From Candidatus Neptunichlamydia sp. (GTDB taxonomy: Bacteria > Chlamydiota > Chlamydiia > Chlamydiales > Simkaniaceae): a stretch of DNA of 64,000 nt. The stretch covers positions 1,248,001 through 1,312,000 of the forward strand of contig OZ247587.1 in assembly GCA_965233865.1 (NCBI GenBank), given 5' to 3'. Shown in pieces: positions 49,489 to 59,950 of the stretch (positions within the stretch are counted from its first letter, which is position 1; each line of letters opens with the position of its first letter). The translations under genes and the position numbers were made by a program. Below the pieces are notes generated by a model that saw only the letters and a list, made by a program, of their open reading frames with translations, ran no database searches and was not told the origin of the DNA.

Positions 49489-50447
49489 GGGTTATCACCT
49501 GTTTTTAGAGATTCGGAGATAATTGTATCTTTTTTTTTGCTCGCTCTACTTAAACACTGAGAGGCACCGCTTGAAAGGCGCTCCAAATTGATAGCTGCAG
49601 ACTTTGTCACATCACCTGTTTGACCAAGAGATGTAATCCCAATAGACACCGTTAGAGTAAAACGAATATTTTCTGCAGAAAAAATTTCTGAGTCAAGGTA
49701 TTCGCTAATATTTTTAGCAATAAACGTTGCTGCTTTACAAGAAGTCTTTGGAAGGAAAACAGCAAATTTTCCGTGATTTTGGTTATATAAAAGATCTTGT
49801 GAACGGACGAGTTTTTGCAAGTGGTTTTCAAAGTCTAATGTGAGGGCATGGGCAACATTTTCTCCTCGTGTCTCAAGAATTTGAGGGTATTGGTCGATCT
49901 CGAGTAGAAGAAGAGCGAGTTGAGTTTTCTCACTGAGAGCCTGACCAATGAGCTTGCTTGCTCGATCCCCCACAACAGTTCGATGTTCCAAGCTTGTATT
50001 TGAGAAGATTGCTTTTGGCATACGGGAAGGAAGAGTAGCCATCTTTGCCTGGGTTTCCGTAACCTCCGCGGCCATTTCCATTCGAATAAGAAATTCGTCT
50101 TCTTCGAGGGGTTCACGAAGAAAATCTGTAGCGCCTGCTTTAATCAAGTTGCGGATAAACGATTTTTTTAGGTGGGCAGTAATGATTAAGATAGGTGTGT
50201 GTGTGTAATCTTTTAAGACGCGAATATCGGTGCATAAAGGAATAAGTTCTAAGTAAGGTGTTTTTTCATCGATGACAATAATACTGATATAGGTTCTGTC
50301 TAAGTACTCAAGAGCTTCAAGTTTTGATGAAGCAATAATGAGCGCGTTGTCCTCTATCTTTGCGATGACACCTTCAAAAAAAGCGCGCACGAGAGGGTTA
50401 TCAGTAAGGAGAAGGAAAGTGGGAAGTTTTTTTGGTTTTATTGCCAT
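49485..50447 (-). CDS. Receiver domain + degenerate GGDEF protein
   Basis: TPILIIT...AGATDFLREP; LLLLEIDQY...NQNHGKFAVFLP...TVSIG. Confidence 0.8.
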   Translation of the reverse strand: MAIKPKKLPTFLLLTDNPLVRAFFEGVIAKIEDNALIIASSKLEALEYLDRTYISIIVIDEKTPYLELIPLCTDIRVLKDYTHTPILIITAHLKKSFIRNLIKAGATDFLREPLEEDEFLIRMEMAAEVTETQAKMATLPSRMPKAIFSNTSLEHRTVVGDRASKLIGQALSEKTQLALLLLEIDQYPQILETRGENVAHALTLDFENHLQKLVRSQDLLYNQNHGKFAVFLPKTSCKAATFIAKNISEYLDSEIFSAENIRFTLTVSIGITSLGQTGDVTKSAAINLERLSSGASQCLSRASKKKDTIISESLKTGDNP

Positions 50448-50466
50448 ACCTTCTCACTATAAATAA

Positions 50467-52284
50467 TTATCTTTTTAACGAAACTAATAGAATCGAAATA
50501 TCAGCTGGTGAGACTCCTGAAACGCGGGAGGCTTGCCCTAGATTTGCAGGGCGATGGTGTATCAATTTTTCCCGTGCTTCATTCTTCAGACCTATAATTT
50601 TTGAGTAGTCGAAGTTCTCAGGTATTTGATGGGTGTCGATACTCTCAAGTTTTGCCGCTTCTTTTTTTTCGCGAGCGATGTAACCTGCGAATTTTATATC
50701 GATTTCGATCGCATTGTTTGTAGGTTTTCCGTAATCCTCAACTTTTTTTGGGAAAGTCTCTAAGAGCTTTTGATAGGAAAACTCTGGACGACAAAGAAGC
50801 TTTCCAAGGGTTGTAGATTTTCCTTCAAAGTTAAGGTAGCTCTTTTCAAAGCGCAGCTTTTCCTTTTCGATGATTTCTTTTTTCTTTTGGAAGGATTGGT
50901 AAAGTGCATCATCAATTAGCCCCAGCTGGTGTCCAAAATCGTGGAGACGCAAATCGGCATTATCCTGCCGAAGAAGGAGTCGATGTTCAGCCCTTGAGGT
51001 GAACATGCGGTAGGGCTCATCGAGGGTTTTTGAAATGAGATCATCAATCATCACTCCGATATAGGCCTCAGAACGTCTTAAGATGAATGCTTCTTTTCCC
51101 CGAACCTTGAGAACGGCGTTAATTGCTGCGATCATCCCTTGCGCTGCGGCTTCTTCGTATCCTGTTGTTCCATTGACTTGTCCTGAAAAGTAAAGCCCAT
51201 TGACACGTTTGGTTTCAAGAGTACTCTTAAGCTGACCACTTACAGCGTAGTCATATTCAATGGCGTAGGCTGGGCGCATGATTTCGACATTTTCGAGCCC
51301 AGAAATCGTCCGCATCATTGCATACTGAACATCAAATGGAAGGGAGGAAGAGATGCCATTGACATAGATTTCGTTGGTATTGAGTCCCTCAGGCTCAAGA
51401 AAGAGTTGGTGACGCTCTTTATCCGCAAAGCGGACCACTTTATCTTCAATAGATGGGCAGTACCGAGGGCCGACTCCTTTAATTTTCCCAGAAAAGAGGG
51501 GGGAGCGGTGGATATTTTTCTGGATAATTTTTTTTGTTTCCTCATTTGTGTAGGTGATATAGCAGGAAACTTGAGGTAGTCGTTTTGCTTGCGGTTCAAA
51601 GGAAAAGGAAACTCCCTCTTCAGGAGGTTGCTCTTCGGTTTTTGAAAAATCAATCGAGCGACTGTTGACTCGTGCAGGAGTTCCTGTTTTGAGACGATCG
51701 AGCGTAAAGCCAAGTTTTTCTAATGTTTTGGAAAGGCCCACTGAAGGCTTATCTCCTGCGCGTCCTCCAGCATAGTTAGACTCTCCAATGTGAAGGAGCC
51801 CTCGCATAAAGGTTCCCGCAGAAAGAATCACCGACTTTCCTTGATATTGAATGCCCTCCTGAATCTGAACACCAACGATGGAGCCCTTTTCGACGACGAG
51901 GTTTTCAATGGTTCCTTGTTTGATCTCAAGATTCGGGGTGTTTTCTAAGGCATATTTCATCTCAGTTTTATAAGCGAGCTTATCGGATTGCGCGCGAGGG
52001 GACCAAACAGCAGGACCTTTTGTAGCATTAAGCATGCGGAAATGAATGCCGGTGCGATCTGCCACTTTCCCCATGATTCCACCAAGGGCATCGATCTCAC
52101 GCACGATGTGTCCTTTTGCGGTTCCCCCAATGGCGGGGTTACAACTCATTTTGGCGATTGTGTCGAGATTCATGGTGAGCAGGAGGGTATGTGCGCCCAT
52201 ACGAGCAGCAGCATGTGCAGCCTCACAACCGGCATGCCCAGCACCAATAATAATCACATCAAAGTGATCGGGATAAGTCCACAT
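50467..52284 (-). CDS. mnmG: tRNA uridine modification enzyme MnmG (GidA)
   Basis: [46 protein letters not shown]. Confidence 0.98.
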   Translation of the reverse strand: MWTYPDHFDVIIIGAGHAGCEAAHAAARMGAHTLLLTMNLDTIAKMSCNPAIGGTAKGHIVREIDALGGIMGKVADRTGIHFRMLNATKGPAVWSPRAQSDKLAYKTEMKYALENTPNLEIKQGTIENLVVEKGSIVGVQIQEGIQYQGKSVILSAGTFMRGLLHIGESNYAGGRAGDKPSVGLSKTLEKLGFTLDRLKTGTPARVNSRSIDFSKTEEQPPEEGVSFSFEPQAKRLPQVSCYITYTNEETKKIIQKNIHRSPLFSGKIKGVGPRYCPSIEDKVVRFADKERHQLFLEPEGLNTNEIYVNGISSSLPFDVQYAMMRTISGLENVEIMRPAYAIEYDYAVSGQLKSTLETKRVNGLYFSGQVNGTTGYEEAAAQGMIAAINAVLKVRGKEAFILRRSEAYIGVMIDDLISKTLDEPYRMFTSRAEHRLLLRQDNADLRLHDFGHQLGLIDDALYQSFQKKKEIIEKEKLRFEKSYLNFEGKSTTLGKLLCRPEFSYQKLLETFPKKVEDYGKPTNNAIEIDIKFAGYIAREKKEAAKLESIDTHQIPENFDYSKIIGLKNEAREKLIHHRPANLGQASRVSGVSPADISILLVSLKR

Positions 52285-52302
52285 GATTAACCCAGACTAG
52301 GG

Positions 52303-52395
52303 CTATTTCTTCTTCTTATGACGATCTCTGCGACGGCGCTTTTTGCGCTTGTGCTTCGAGATCTTAAGACGACGCTTTTTCTTTACAGATGACAT
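52303..52395 (-). CDS. Small basic protein, AURKAIP1/COX24 (bS22/mS38-like) family
   Basis: MSSVKKKRRLKISKHKRKKRRRRDRHKKKK; below the ORF-track cutoff. Confidence 0.8.
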   Translation of the reverse strand: MSSVKKKRRLKISKHKRKKRRRRDRHKKKK

Positions 52396-52678
52396 CAAAT
52401 ACTCAAATTACTTTACATTTCGCCGCTCAGTGTAGTCTTTTCCCTCAAAAAAGTAAAGAGAGGAGTGATATAGGCAGTCGCTCTCGCTGAAGAATCATTT
52501 AAGTATTTGAAAACCAATGATGGAAACTAAAAAAGTTTACGAAGAAATAATTTTGGTTTCTCTATAAAATTTTCTTCAGCGGAAGCGTCTATAAAATTAG
52601 ACTCCTTCTTTCCTTTAAAACAACAGTGTTGTACCCTAGAGGGTGTTAAAAAAAATAAGGGAACTTATTCTTTTGAAA

Positions 52679-53416
52679 ATGTGGGCTTTAGCAGATCTTC
52701 ACCTTCCTTTTGGTTCTTCCGGAAAAAACATGGAAGTGTTTGGCCCTGCTTGGGAAAATTATACCGCTCGCATTGAAAAAAACTGGATGGAAAATGTAGG
52801 CGATGAGGATCTGATGCTCATTGCGGGGGATATCTCCTGGGCGACGAAGCTCGAAAACGCAATGAAAGACCTAGAATGGATTGATGCCCTTCCTGGAAAA
52901 AAAGTGATTCTAAAAGGAAACCATGATTATTGGTGGCCTACGAACAAAAAACTTGCTGAAGTTCTTCCTCCATCTATCCAATTTGTAAATAACACCGCAG
53001 TCACGATTGGAGATGTGACAATTGGAGGGGCCCGTCTTTGGGATAGCTCTGAATACACGTTCAAAGACTACATCACCTTTGTAGAAAATCCTTTGGCAAA
53101 AGAAAAGCCCTTAAACCTAGAAAAATCGAAACGAATTTTTGAAAGAGACCTTCAGCGTTTGAGGATAAGTCTAGAGCAGATGGATCCAAAGGTAAACTAT
53201 CGCATCGCAATGACCCATTACCCTCCAATCAGTGCTGATCTTCAAGATTCACAAACCTCAAAAATTTTAGAAGAGTTTAACATCAATATTTGTGTTTTTG
53301 GTCACCTGCATAATGTGAAAAAAAAACGCGCTCTTTTCGGGGAAAAGAATCAGATTCTATACTTATTTACCGCTGCAGATTATTTAGAGTTTAACCCTAT
53401 TCTGGTGAGAAAGTAA
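52679..53416 (+). CDS. Calcineurin-like metallophosphoesterase
   Basis: DLH, GDISW, GNHD, THYPP, GHLH. Confidence 0.9.
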   Translation: MWALADLHLPFGSSGKNMEVFGPAWENYTARIEKNWMENVGDEDLMLIAGDISWATKLENAMKDLEWIDALPGKKVILKGNHDYWWPTNKKLAEVLPPSIQFVNNTAVTIGDVTIGGARLWDSSEYTFKDYITFVENPLAKEKPLNLEKSKRIFERDLQRLRISLEQMDPKVNYRIAMTHYPPISADLQDSQTSKILEEFNINICVFGHLHNVKKKRALFGEKNQILYLFTAADYLEFNPILVRK

Positions 53417-54383
53417 CGATACCGCGCAACACTTGAAGTACTTCCTCATTGGATTCGATTGGCTCTTGGAGGTCTTTCTCTTTTTGTCTTTCTAAAAGCC
53501 CCGTCACTAACACTTCTTCTTTTTCTTTTCCAATCGCGTTGAAGTATTCAGCAGTAAGAAGCAACAGTTCTCGCAAATCTTCTTGCGTTTCGACTCCGTC
53601 GAGGGCTTGGAAGTATGCCATTTGGAATTGTTCTGTTTCTTCCACATGAATCAGATAGTGAAGCGTTTCAAAAAGAAGATAAAGTTCAGGTTCTTCTTTA
53701 AGCAAGGTCAAAAGACGTTCAATCATCACTTTTCCTTCTTCAGGATCGGCTGCAGTCACAAGCCGAATACGAATGAGATCGAACCATCTCGCATTGTCGA
53801 TATATGGATAAAAACCTTCGAGAAGTTCCGATGCAAGTGTACTATTTTCTGCATCGATTAGGTGCGATGTATATTCATAAATAAAAACTTCTAAATCATG
53901 ACAAGAAAATGCAGAAAAGAAATGGTAGCCATCTTTAGATTTCCCCCCTTCATCAACATTGTCATCAAGGGTCATTTGAAAACTGGAAAGGGCTGCTTGC
54001 AGCTCATCTTCGATCCCAAGTTCCCCTTCTTCATACTGTTCAATCAGATGATCAAGCTCATCTACAAATAGAGAAAGAGATTGTTTGTGAGGGGCTAAAC
54101 GGCGCCAAAGTTCGAATACAGAAAGATAAACTTTCTCATGTTTTTCACAATTTTCCTCCAGATAGAGACAGTTGGCCAGATCTTCTGGAGAATCACACTC
54201 TTCAACATAAAGAAGGAAATTCTCTTCATTGAGAAAAATCTCCATCTTTTCAAGTCTTTGGAACAACTCCTTCTGCGAAAGGTCTCGATAGTTTTCTACC
54301 TGCCATTGATCAACTTTCATTGTAGGGTTTTGTTTCAGATTCATCTGAAGTAGGTTATAGAGGGCTCGACCTTGATATGTCAT
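53397..54383 (-). CDS. Acidic hypothetical protein
   Basis: 328-aa ORF with an RBS-like AAGGA; no function recognised. Confidence 0.75.
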   Translation of the reverse strand: MTYQGRALYNLLQMNLKQNPTMKVDQWQVENYRDLSQKELFQRLEKMEIFLNEENFLLYVEECDSPEDLANCLYLEENCEKHEKVYLSVFELWRRLAPHKQSLSLFVDELDHLIEQYEEGELGIEDELQAALSSFQMTLDDNVDEGGKSKDGYHFFSAFSCHDLEVFIYEYTSHLIDAENSTLASELLEGFYPYIDNARWFDLIRIRLVTAADPEEGKVMIERLLTLLKEEPELYLLFETLHYLIHVEETEQFQMAYFQALDGVETQEDLRELLLLTAEYFNAIGKEKEEVLVTGLLERQKEKDLQEPIESNEEVLQVLRGIVTFSPE

Positions 54384-54560
54384 TGCGTCCTTTGGTGATC
54401 TCGCACAATTTTCTAATTAGTTGAAGAGGGAAATTATTTAAATAAAAAAAATTTAATAAGTTAATTTTACACTCACCAGAAATAAGTGTCAAATTGGATT
54501 TGAGATTTTTTTTTCCTTTTGTTACCAAGAGTAAATGTATTTATAAAAGTTATGGTAATC

Positions 54561-55259
54561 ATGATTCCAAAAAAACTGCATTTTACTTACAAAACAGATG
54601 ATCTTCCAAGAATTTACAAGGAAAATCTTAAGCGATGGCAAGCATATTGCCCTGAATGGGAGATGATCCTTCATACAGACCGAAAGGTTCTTAAATTTTT
54701 TGAGAGGCATTTTCCACAGTATGCCTTTGATATTAAAAAAATTCGACAAGGCGTTGTTTTGGCGGATCTATTTCGGTATGGGGTTTTGTATACCTTTGGA
54801 GGAATGTACAACGATATCGATACGATACCTCTTAATCCTATCCCGGAGACATGGCTTGCGCTTGAAAGTGTCATTGGCTACGAATACCAACCGTCCAAGT
54901 TTGAATGTAGTTCTGTTCCCAGTTACTCAACCGACACTTTTTGCCAATGGTCATTTTTAGCAAAACCCAAGCACCCTCTTTTTAAAGAAGCTCTTGACAA
55001 GTGCATAGAAAATTTGAAAGAAAAAAAATTCAAGCTAAAGCACGAAATAGATGTATTAACAGCAACAGGCCCATTACTTTTTACTGAAATCGCAACCAAA
55101 TATCTAGGTTCATCTAAGGTTTTGTTTCTAGATATGGATGTATTTTCGCCCCTCTATTTGAAAGCGCCGAACCTCTCCAACTGTATTGTTTTCCATCAAT
55201 TCCATGGAAGATCAGGATGGAAGTTAGAATTTCAATGTCCCCAAATTAAACTATTATAA
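54561..55259 (+). CDS. Glycosyltransferase, DXD sugar-binding (GT32/Och1-like)
   Basis: MIPKKLHFTY, ADLFRY..LY.FGGMYNDID, TGP. Confidence 0.85.
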   Translation: MIPKKLHFTYKTDDLPRIYKENLKRWQAYCPEWEMILHTDRKVLKFFERHFPQYAFDIKKIRQGVVLADLFRYGVLYTFGGMYNDIDTIPLNPIPETWLALESVIGYEYQPSKFECSSVPSYSTDTFCQWSFLAKPKHPLFKEALDKCIENLKEKKFKLKHEIDVLTATGPLLFTEIATKYLGSSKVLFLDMDVFSPLYLKAPNLSNCIVFHQFHGRSGWKLEFQCPQIKLL

Positions 55260-55277
55260 TATTGAGATATACCGATC

Positions 55278-55967
55278 ATGATCCCAAAAAAACTGCATTT
55301 TACCTACAAAACAGAGTGCGCGCCTGAAAAGTTCCAGGAAAATCTTAATATATGGAAAAAGATGTGCCCAGATTGGGAAATTCATTATTATTCAGACACC
55401 ATGATCTTGAATTTTTTTAAAGCTCACTTTCCAAAATATCTTTCCGATTTATCAAAAATCACATTAGGCGCAGTCCTTGCAGACATCTTCCGCTACGCCG
55501 TGTTATACATCGATGGAGGAATGTATACCGATATCGACACGATTCCCTTAAAGAAAATCCCCATTGATTGGCTTAACTACCAAACAGTGCTTGGATACGA
55601 GTTTCAATTGGGAAAGGGGACAGCAGATTTTCGGTATAAACATGATGTAATTTGCCAATGGACAATGCTCTCAGCTCCTAGAAACCCTCTGTTTAAGGAA
55701 TCTCTCGATAAATGCATCAAGAACTTAAGAGGCATCAATTTCCATTTCTCTGCATCACAACAGGTCCTCTACACAACAGGTCCTCTTCTATTCACCTCTA
55801 TAGCTAACAACTATCTCCAATTAGACCAGACCCTCGTCTTAGACATGGAAATTTTCGGATCATTCCCCGAAACTCTCCCTGTTTCTGAAAAAAGTATTGT
55901 TGAACATCAATACCACGGAGAGCACGGATGGACTCTAGGCGTAAAATTTCCTAACATTAGATTGTAG
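55278..55967 (+). CDS. Glycosyltransferase GT32-like, tandem paralogue
   Basis: MIPKKLHFTY, ADIFRYAVLYIDGGMYTDID, TGP. Confidence 0.85.
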   Translation: MIPKKLHFTYKTECAPEKFQENLNIWKKMCPDWEIHYYSDTMILNFFKAHFPKYLSDLSKITLGAVLADIFRYAVLYIDGGMYTDIDTIPLKKIPIDWLNYQTVLGYEFQLGKGTADFRYKHDVICQWTMLSAPRNPLFKESLDKCIKNLRGINFHFSASQQVLYTTGPLLFTSIANNYLQLDQTLVLDMEIFGSFPETLPVSEKSIVEHQYHGEHGWTLGVKFPNIRL

Positions 55968-55998
55968 ATAGATTCATAATTTCAAAAAAACTTCACTT

Positions 55999-56095
55999 TA
56001 TAGCTAAAGTGAGTTGTTTTAGTTATACCATCTATGGAATAGATAGGATTTTCAGGGAGTACTGACAATAACTAATTTAAGTCACTTTAGCTATA
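55999..56095. mobile_element. IS630-type MITE (~97 bp)
   Basis: Terminal IRs TATAGCTAAAGTGA / TCACTTTAGCTATA; the left end resembles the IS630 end at 43208. Confidence 0.7.
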
Positions 56096-56196
56096 CCTAT
56101 AAAACCAAAGCCTTCCCCAGTAAATGCTCTGAAAACATTGCCATCTAAAATGTCCATTCATTGATCTCCACTAATAATTCTGCTACTCTCCTTTTC

Positions 56197-56724
56197 ATGA
56201 ATATTCGGTATAAACGCCCTTTTGTTCTTATTGAGGTTTTGATTTCAATTACTCTGCTAACTCTATGCACTTTTCCTTTGATTTCGGAACCCCTTTTCTC
56301 TCAAAAAACGATGCGCAGAAAATTTTTCGAACTTGAGCTCGAAAGGGAAGCTGAAAAAATATACTATGAAATTCTGAAAACCCCTCTAATTTTTTCAGAA
56401 ATCCCCAACAAGGGTTCCAAAAACACCAAAACCTCTTCTGTAGAACTTTCGATCGAAGGATTCGGGAAAAAAAACTACAAGGTTCTTTCTTCGCTTTATC
56501 ATTGTACCGATGAAAAGAGGCATAAAAGCAACTTTTACAAAATCCACCTCCAAGTTTGTTTCATAGAGGGTAATGACACCAAGAACCCTTTCGAATATAA
56601 GTTTGAATTTGTGGGGGAAAAAGTGGCAAAAAAAAAAACTGATCAGCATGTTGAGAATAAGAGTCTTCATCAGGAAAATGAAAAAACATCTAGCAGCATT
56701 CAAACCCTTTGTCAAAGCGAGTGA
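56197..56724 (+). CDS. Pseudopilin-like protein
   Basis: RPFVLIEVLISITLL prepilin-like motif. Confidence 0.6.
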   Translation: MNIRYKRPFVLIEVLISITLLTLCTFPLISEPLFSQKTMRRKFFELELEREAEKIYYEILKTPLIFSEIPNKGSKNTKTSSVELSIEGFGKKNYKVLSSLYHCTDEKRHKSNFYKIHLQVCFIEGNDTKNPFEYKFEFVGEKVAKKKTDQHVENKSLHQENEKTSSSIQTLCQSE

Positions 56725-59375
56725 AAAACAAACCGAGTTTTCTGTTCGTGCTCTTGTTCTAGGAATTTTACTAAGTCTTCTCTTTGCTGTCGGGAACGCT
56801 TACTTAGGCCTCAAAATAGGGATGACAATCTCTGCATCGATTCCTGCTGCAGTCTTGTCTATGGCCATTTTGCGCACTTTTTTTCGAAAAGTCGGAATTC
56901 TAGAGAACAATATCGTCCAAACCGTTGCCTCAGTTGGAGAGGGACTCGCAGGAGGAGTTGTTTTCACTGTCCCCGCTCTTTTTCTTTTAGGTGTTACCCC
57001 TACGATTTCCCATATCTTTATTTTAGCGCTTTTAGGAGGGATCTTAGGGATTCTCCTCATGATTCCTATGCGTCGTTACATTATTGTTCAGGAACACGGA
57101 GTTCTTCCATTTCCCGAAGGAACTGCCTGCGCAGAAATCTTGAAGGCTGGAGAAAATAATGCCCCACATGCAAGCCTTGCGATTTGGGGCATTGTGATTG
57201 GAGCGGTTTACAAAGTCCTTAATAGCGCTTTGTATCTATGGAATTAGACAGTTTCATTCATTGTCAGAAAATATGAAAACACCCTTCTTAGTATGGACTG
57301 CACTTCTAGGGGTAGGATTTATCATCGGCCCCCTCATTCCTGCAGCCCTCTTTACAGGAAGTGCCATTGGCTGGTGGGTATTCATCCCCCTCATTAAAAA
57401 GTTTGGAGCTGGAGCACCCGCAATTTTCCCCTCTAAAGTTCCCGTAGAATTAATGACAGTAACGGATGTGTAGTCCAATTACATCCGCTACATTGGCGCT
57501 GGAGCAGTCGCTGTTGGAGGGATCATTACCCTCTTTAGAATTGCCCCGGTTATTTTTAAAACGATCATCGAGAGTTTTCGTGAACTTGTGCATCTCATGC
57601 AGTCGAAGAAAAAAAAATTAAGCGTACTGATAAGGATACCCCCCTTTCTTACCTCTTACTTGGTTCTATTGCAATTATCCTCGCGCTTTGGCTCCTTCCT
57701 GGATTTTACCTAAACATTGTTACTATTGTTCTTTTAGTTGTCTTAGGCTTTTTCTTTGTCGCCGTTACATCGATAACTGTGGGGCTTGTTGGAAGCTCTT
57801 CAAGTCCTGTTTCAGGCGTGACAATTACAACGCTTCTAATTACATGTCTTGTTTTTGTAGGCCTTGGTTGGACAGACCGTATCCATCTGATTGCAGCCAT
57901 AACAATGGGAGCCGTTGCAAATGTTGCGATCGCAATGGCCGGAACAACATCCCAAGATTTGAAAACAGGATTTTTATTAGGTGCAACCCCTCTCTCACAA
58001 CAAATTGCCGAGATCATTGGCCTCATTCTTCCTGCTGCGGCAATGGGCTTTACACTTTATCTTCTCAACGATGCCTACGGCTTTGGAAGTACTAATCTTC
58101 CTGCCCCACAAGCAACACTCATGGCGCTCATTGCAAAAGGAGTCATCCAAGGCGAGCTCCCTGTTGTCCTTGTCCTTATCGGAGCAGTGTTTGGACTCAT
58201 GGTTTATTTCATGAGAGTACCTGTTCTTCCGTTTGCCATCGGCCTTTATCTCCCCATCTCACTCAATACTTCGATTATGGAGGGAAGACTTGTTTGTTAC
58301 ATCGTTAAGAAAATCACCAAAAATGATAAGGCCATCGAACAAGGAGTTCTCATTTCTTCAGGTCTTGCTGCTGGCGACGCCTGTATGGGTGTTTTAGCCG
58401 CACTCCTTAGATAGTGTAAACACAAGTTTAAATTTGTGCTAAGCTGGTTTCTTAAACTTTCAAGGAGAGGTTTAGAGATGACCGTACCAGCACACAGACG
58501 TCACGATATTTCAGATCGAATTTGGAAAAAACTTGAGCCTTATCTTCCAGGAAGAAGAGGGGTGTAGGGAGGGGTAGCACAAGATAATCGGCGATTTATC
58601 AACGCGGTTTTTTGGATTATTCGTACCGGAGCTCCATGGCGTGACTTACCTCCAGACTATGGGAACTGGGGAAATGTGCATCGTCGTTTTATCCGTTGGG
58701 GGAATAAAGGTGTCTGGGAACTTCTTCTGGAAAAAGTAGTGGACGATCCTGATTACGAGTGGTTAATGATCGATGCAACCCATATCAAAGTTCACTCTCA
58801 CGCAGCAGGTGCACAAGGTGGCAATCAAGATATGGCTCGGACAAAAGGGGGCTCAACACGAAATTGCATTTGGCCGTGGATTCGCATGGTATGCCGGTCA
58901 GAGCGATTATTACGTCAGGTACTCAATCAGACTACCTTCAGGCCAAACACCTAATAGAGGGAATTAACGCCGATTACCTACTAGCAGATCGGGGTTATGA
59001 CAGCGATGCAATCGTAACTCAAGCGATCTCTCAAGGAATAAAGGCGGTTATCCCTCCCAGAAAAAATAAGAAAAGCAAGAGAGCTTATGATAAGCATCTC
59101 TATAAATTGAGACATCTTGTAGAAAATGCTTTTTTACATTTGAAGCGATGGAGAGGAATTGCTACACGCTATGCTAAGCACACATCTTTTTTCTTGGCTG
59201 CGGTTCAGATCAAATGTTTGGCTTTATGGGTAGAAATCTCGTGACTACACTATTTAGTGTCTTAAAAATCGTCCCTTCTTCAGCAGTAGGATTCTTAGGC
59301 GACGGATTTTCACTCTTCTTTTTTATATTGCTAAGTAGCTATTTAGGCTGGAGAGCCGCCAAAACAGACAAATAA
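56678..59375 (+). pseudogene. OPT-family oligopeptide transporter, decayed and IS5-interrupted
   Basis: NAYLGLKIG, ENNIVQT, PFPEGTA, QDLKTG, PAPQA. Stops at 57245 and 57471, frameshifts, and the frame resumes after 59254. Confidence 0.9.
58411..59253 (+). mobile_element. IS5-family element with nonsense mutation
   Basis: IRs ATAGTGTAAACAC / GTGACTACACTAT flanked by TTAG. orfA from 58478 has TAG at 58565; AAAAGGGGG frameshift; IDAT, ADRGYD, YKLRHLVE. Confidence 0.92.
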
Positions 59376-59401
59376 AACCAAATCATTTATCCTCCTGTGC
59401 T

Positions 59402-59950
59402 ATGAAAAGGTACACTTTTACATTGATGGAGCTCATGATAGCCCTTTCTCTGTCTGTGATTGTCCTGGGAGTTATCTTCTCATCGCTTTATCAAAACTCT
59501 GTCCTCAATGTAAAGCACGAGAAGGGGGCCGCTATAGTGATGCAAAAGGTCCATATTCAAGAACGTCTGGATCAAATCTTTGCCAATATTTCAGGTAAAG
59601 ATAAAAGCTCTATTTACACAGATGAAAAAGGGGTTCTCCACTTCGAGTTTGACCATGGAATCGATCCCGATCCAATATTTTGCGATATCATTTCCGGAAA
59701 ACTTGAACTCGTGAAAGAAGATCTTTTCCTCATTTTAATGAGAGGTAAAAAGATGCGATCCGAACGCCTGTGCTTTGATGTGAAAGCTTTAAGTTATGAA
59801 TTTCTTACGCATGATGGCCATGATGTGAGAACAACCGAGATTTGGACTAAAGAAGAAGATAAAAATCCTCTCTATTTTAAACTATCCGTAGATGATGCGT
59901 CCTATATTTTCTGGATTAACCATCAAGGAATGGAGATCCCCCTAAAATGA
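59402..59950 (+). CDS. Pseudopilin-like protein (GspJ-like)
   Basis: FTLMELMIAL prepilin motif. Confidence 0.7.
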   Translation: MKRYTFTLMELMIALSLSVIVLGVIFSSLYQNSVLNVKHEKGAAIVMQKVHIQERLDQIFANISGKDKSSIYTDEKGVLHFEFDHGIDPDPIFCDIISGKLELVKEDLFLILMRGKKMRSERLCFDVKALSYEFLTHDGHDVRTTEIWTKEEDKNPLYFKLSVDDASYIFWINHQGMEIPLK

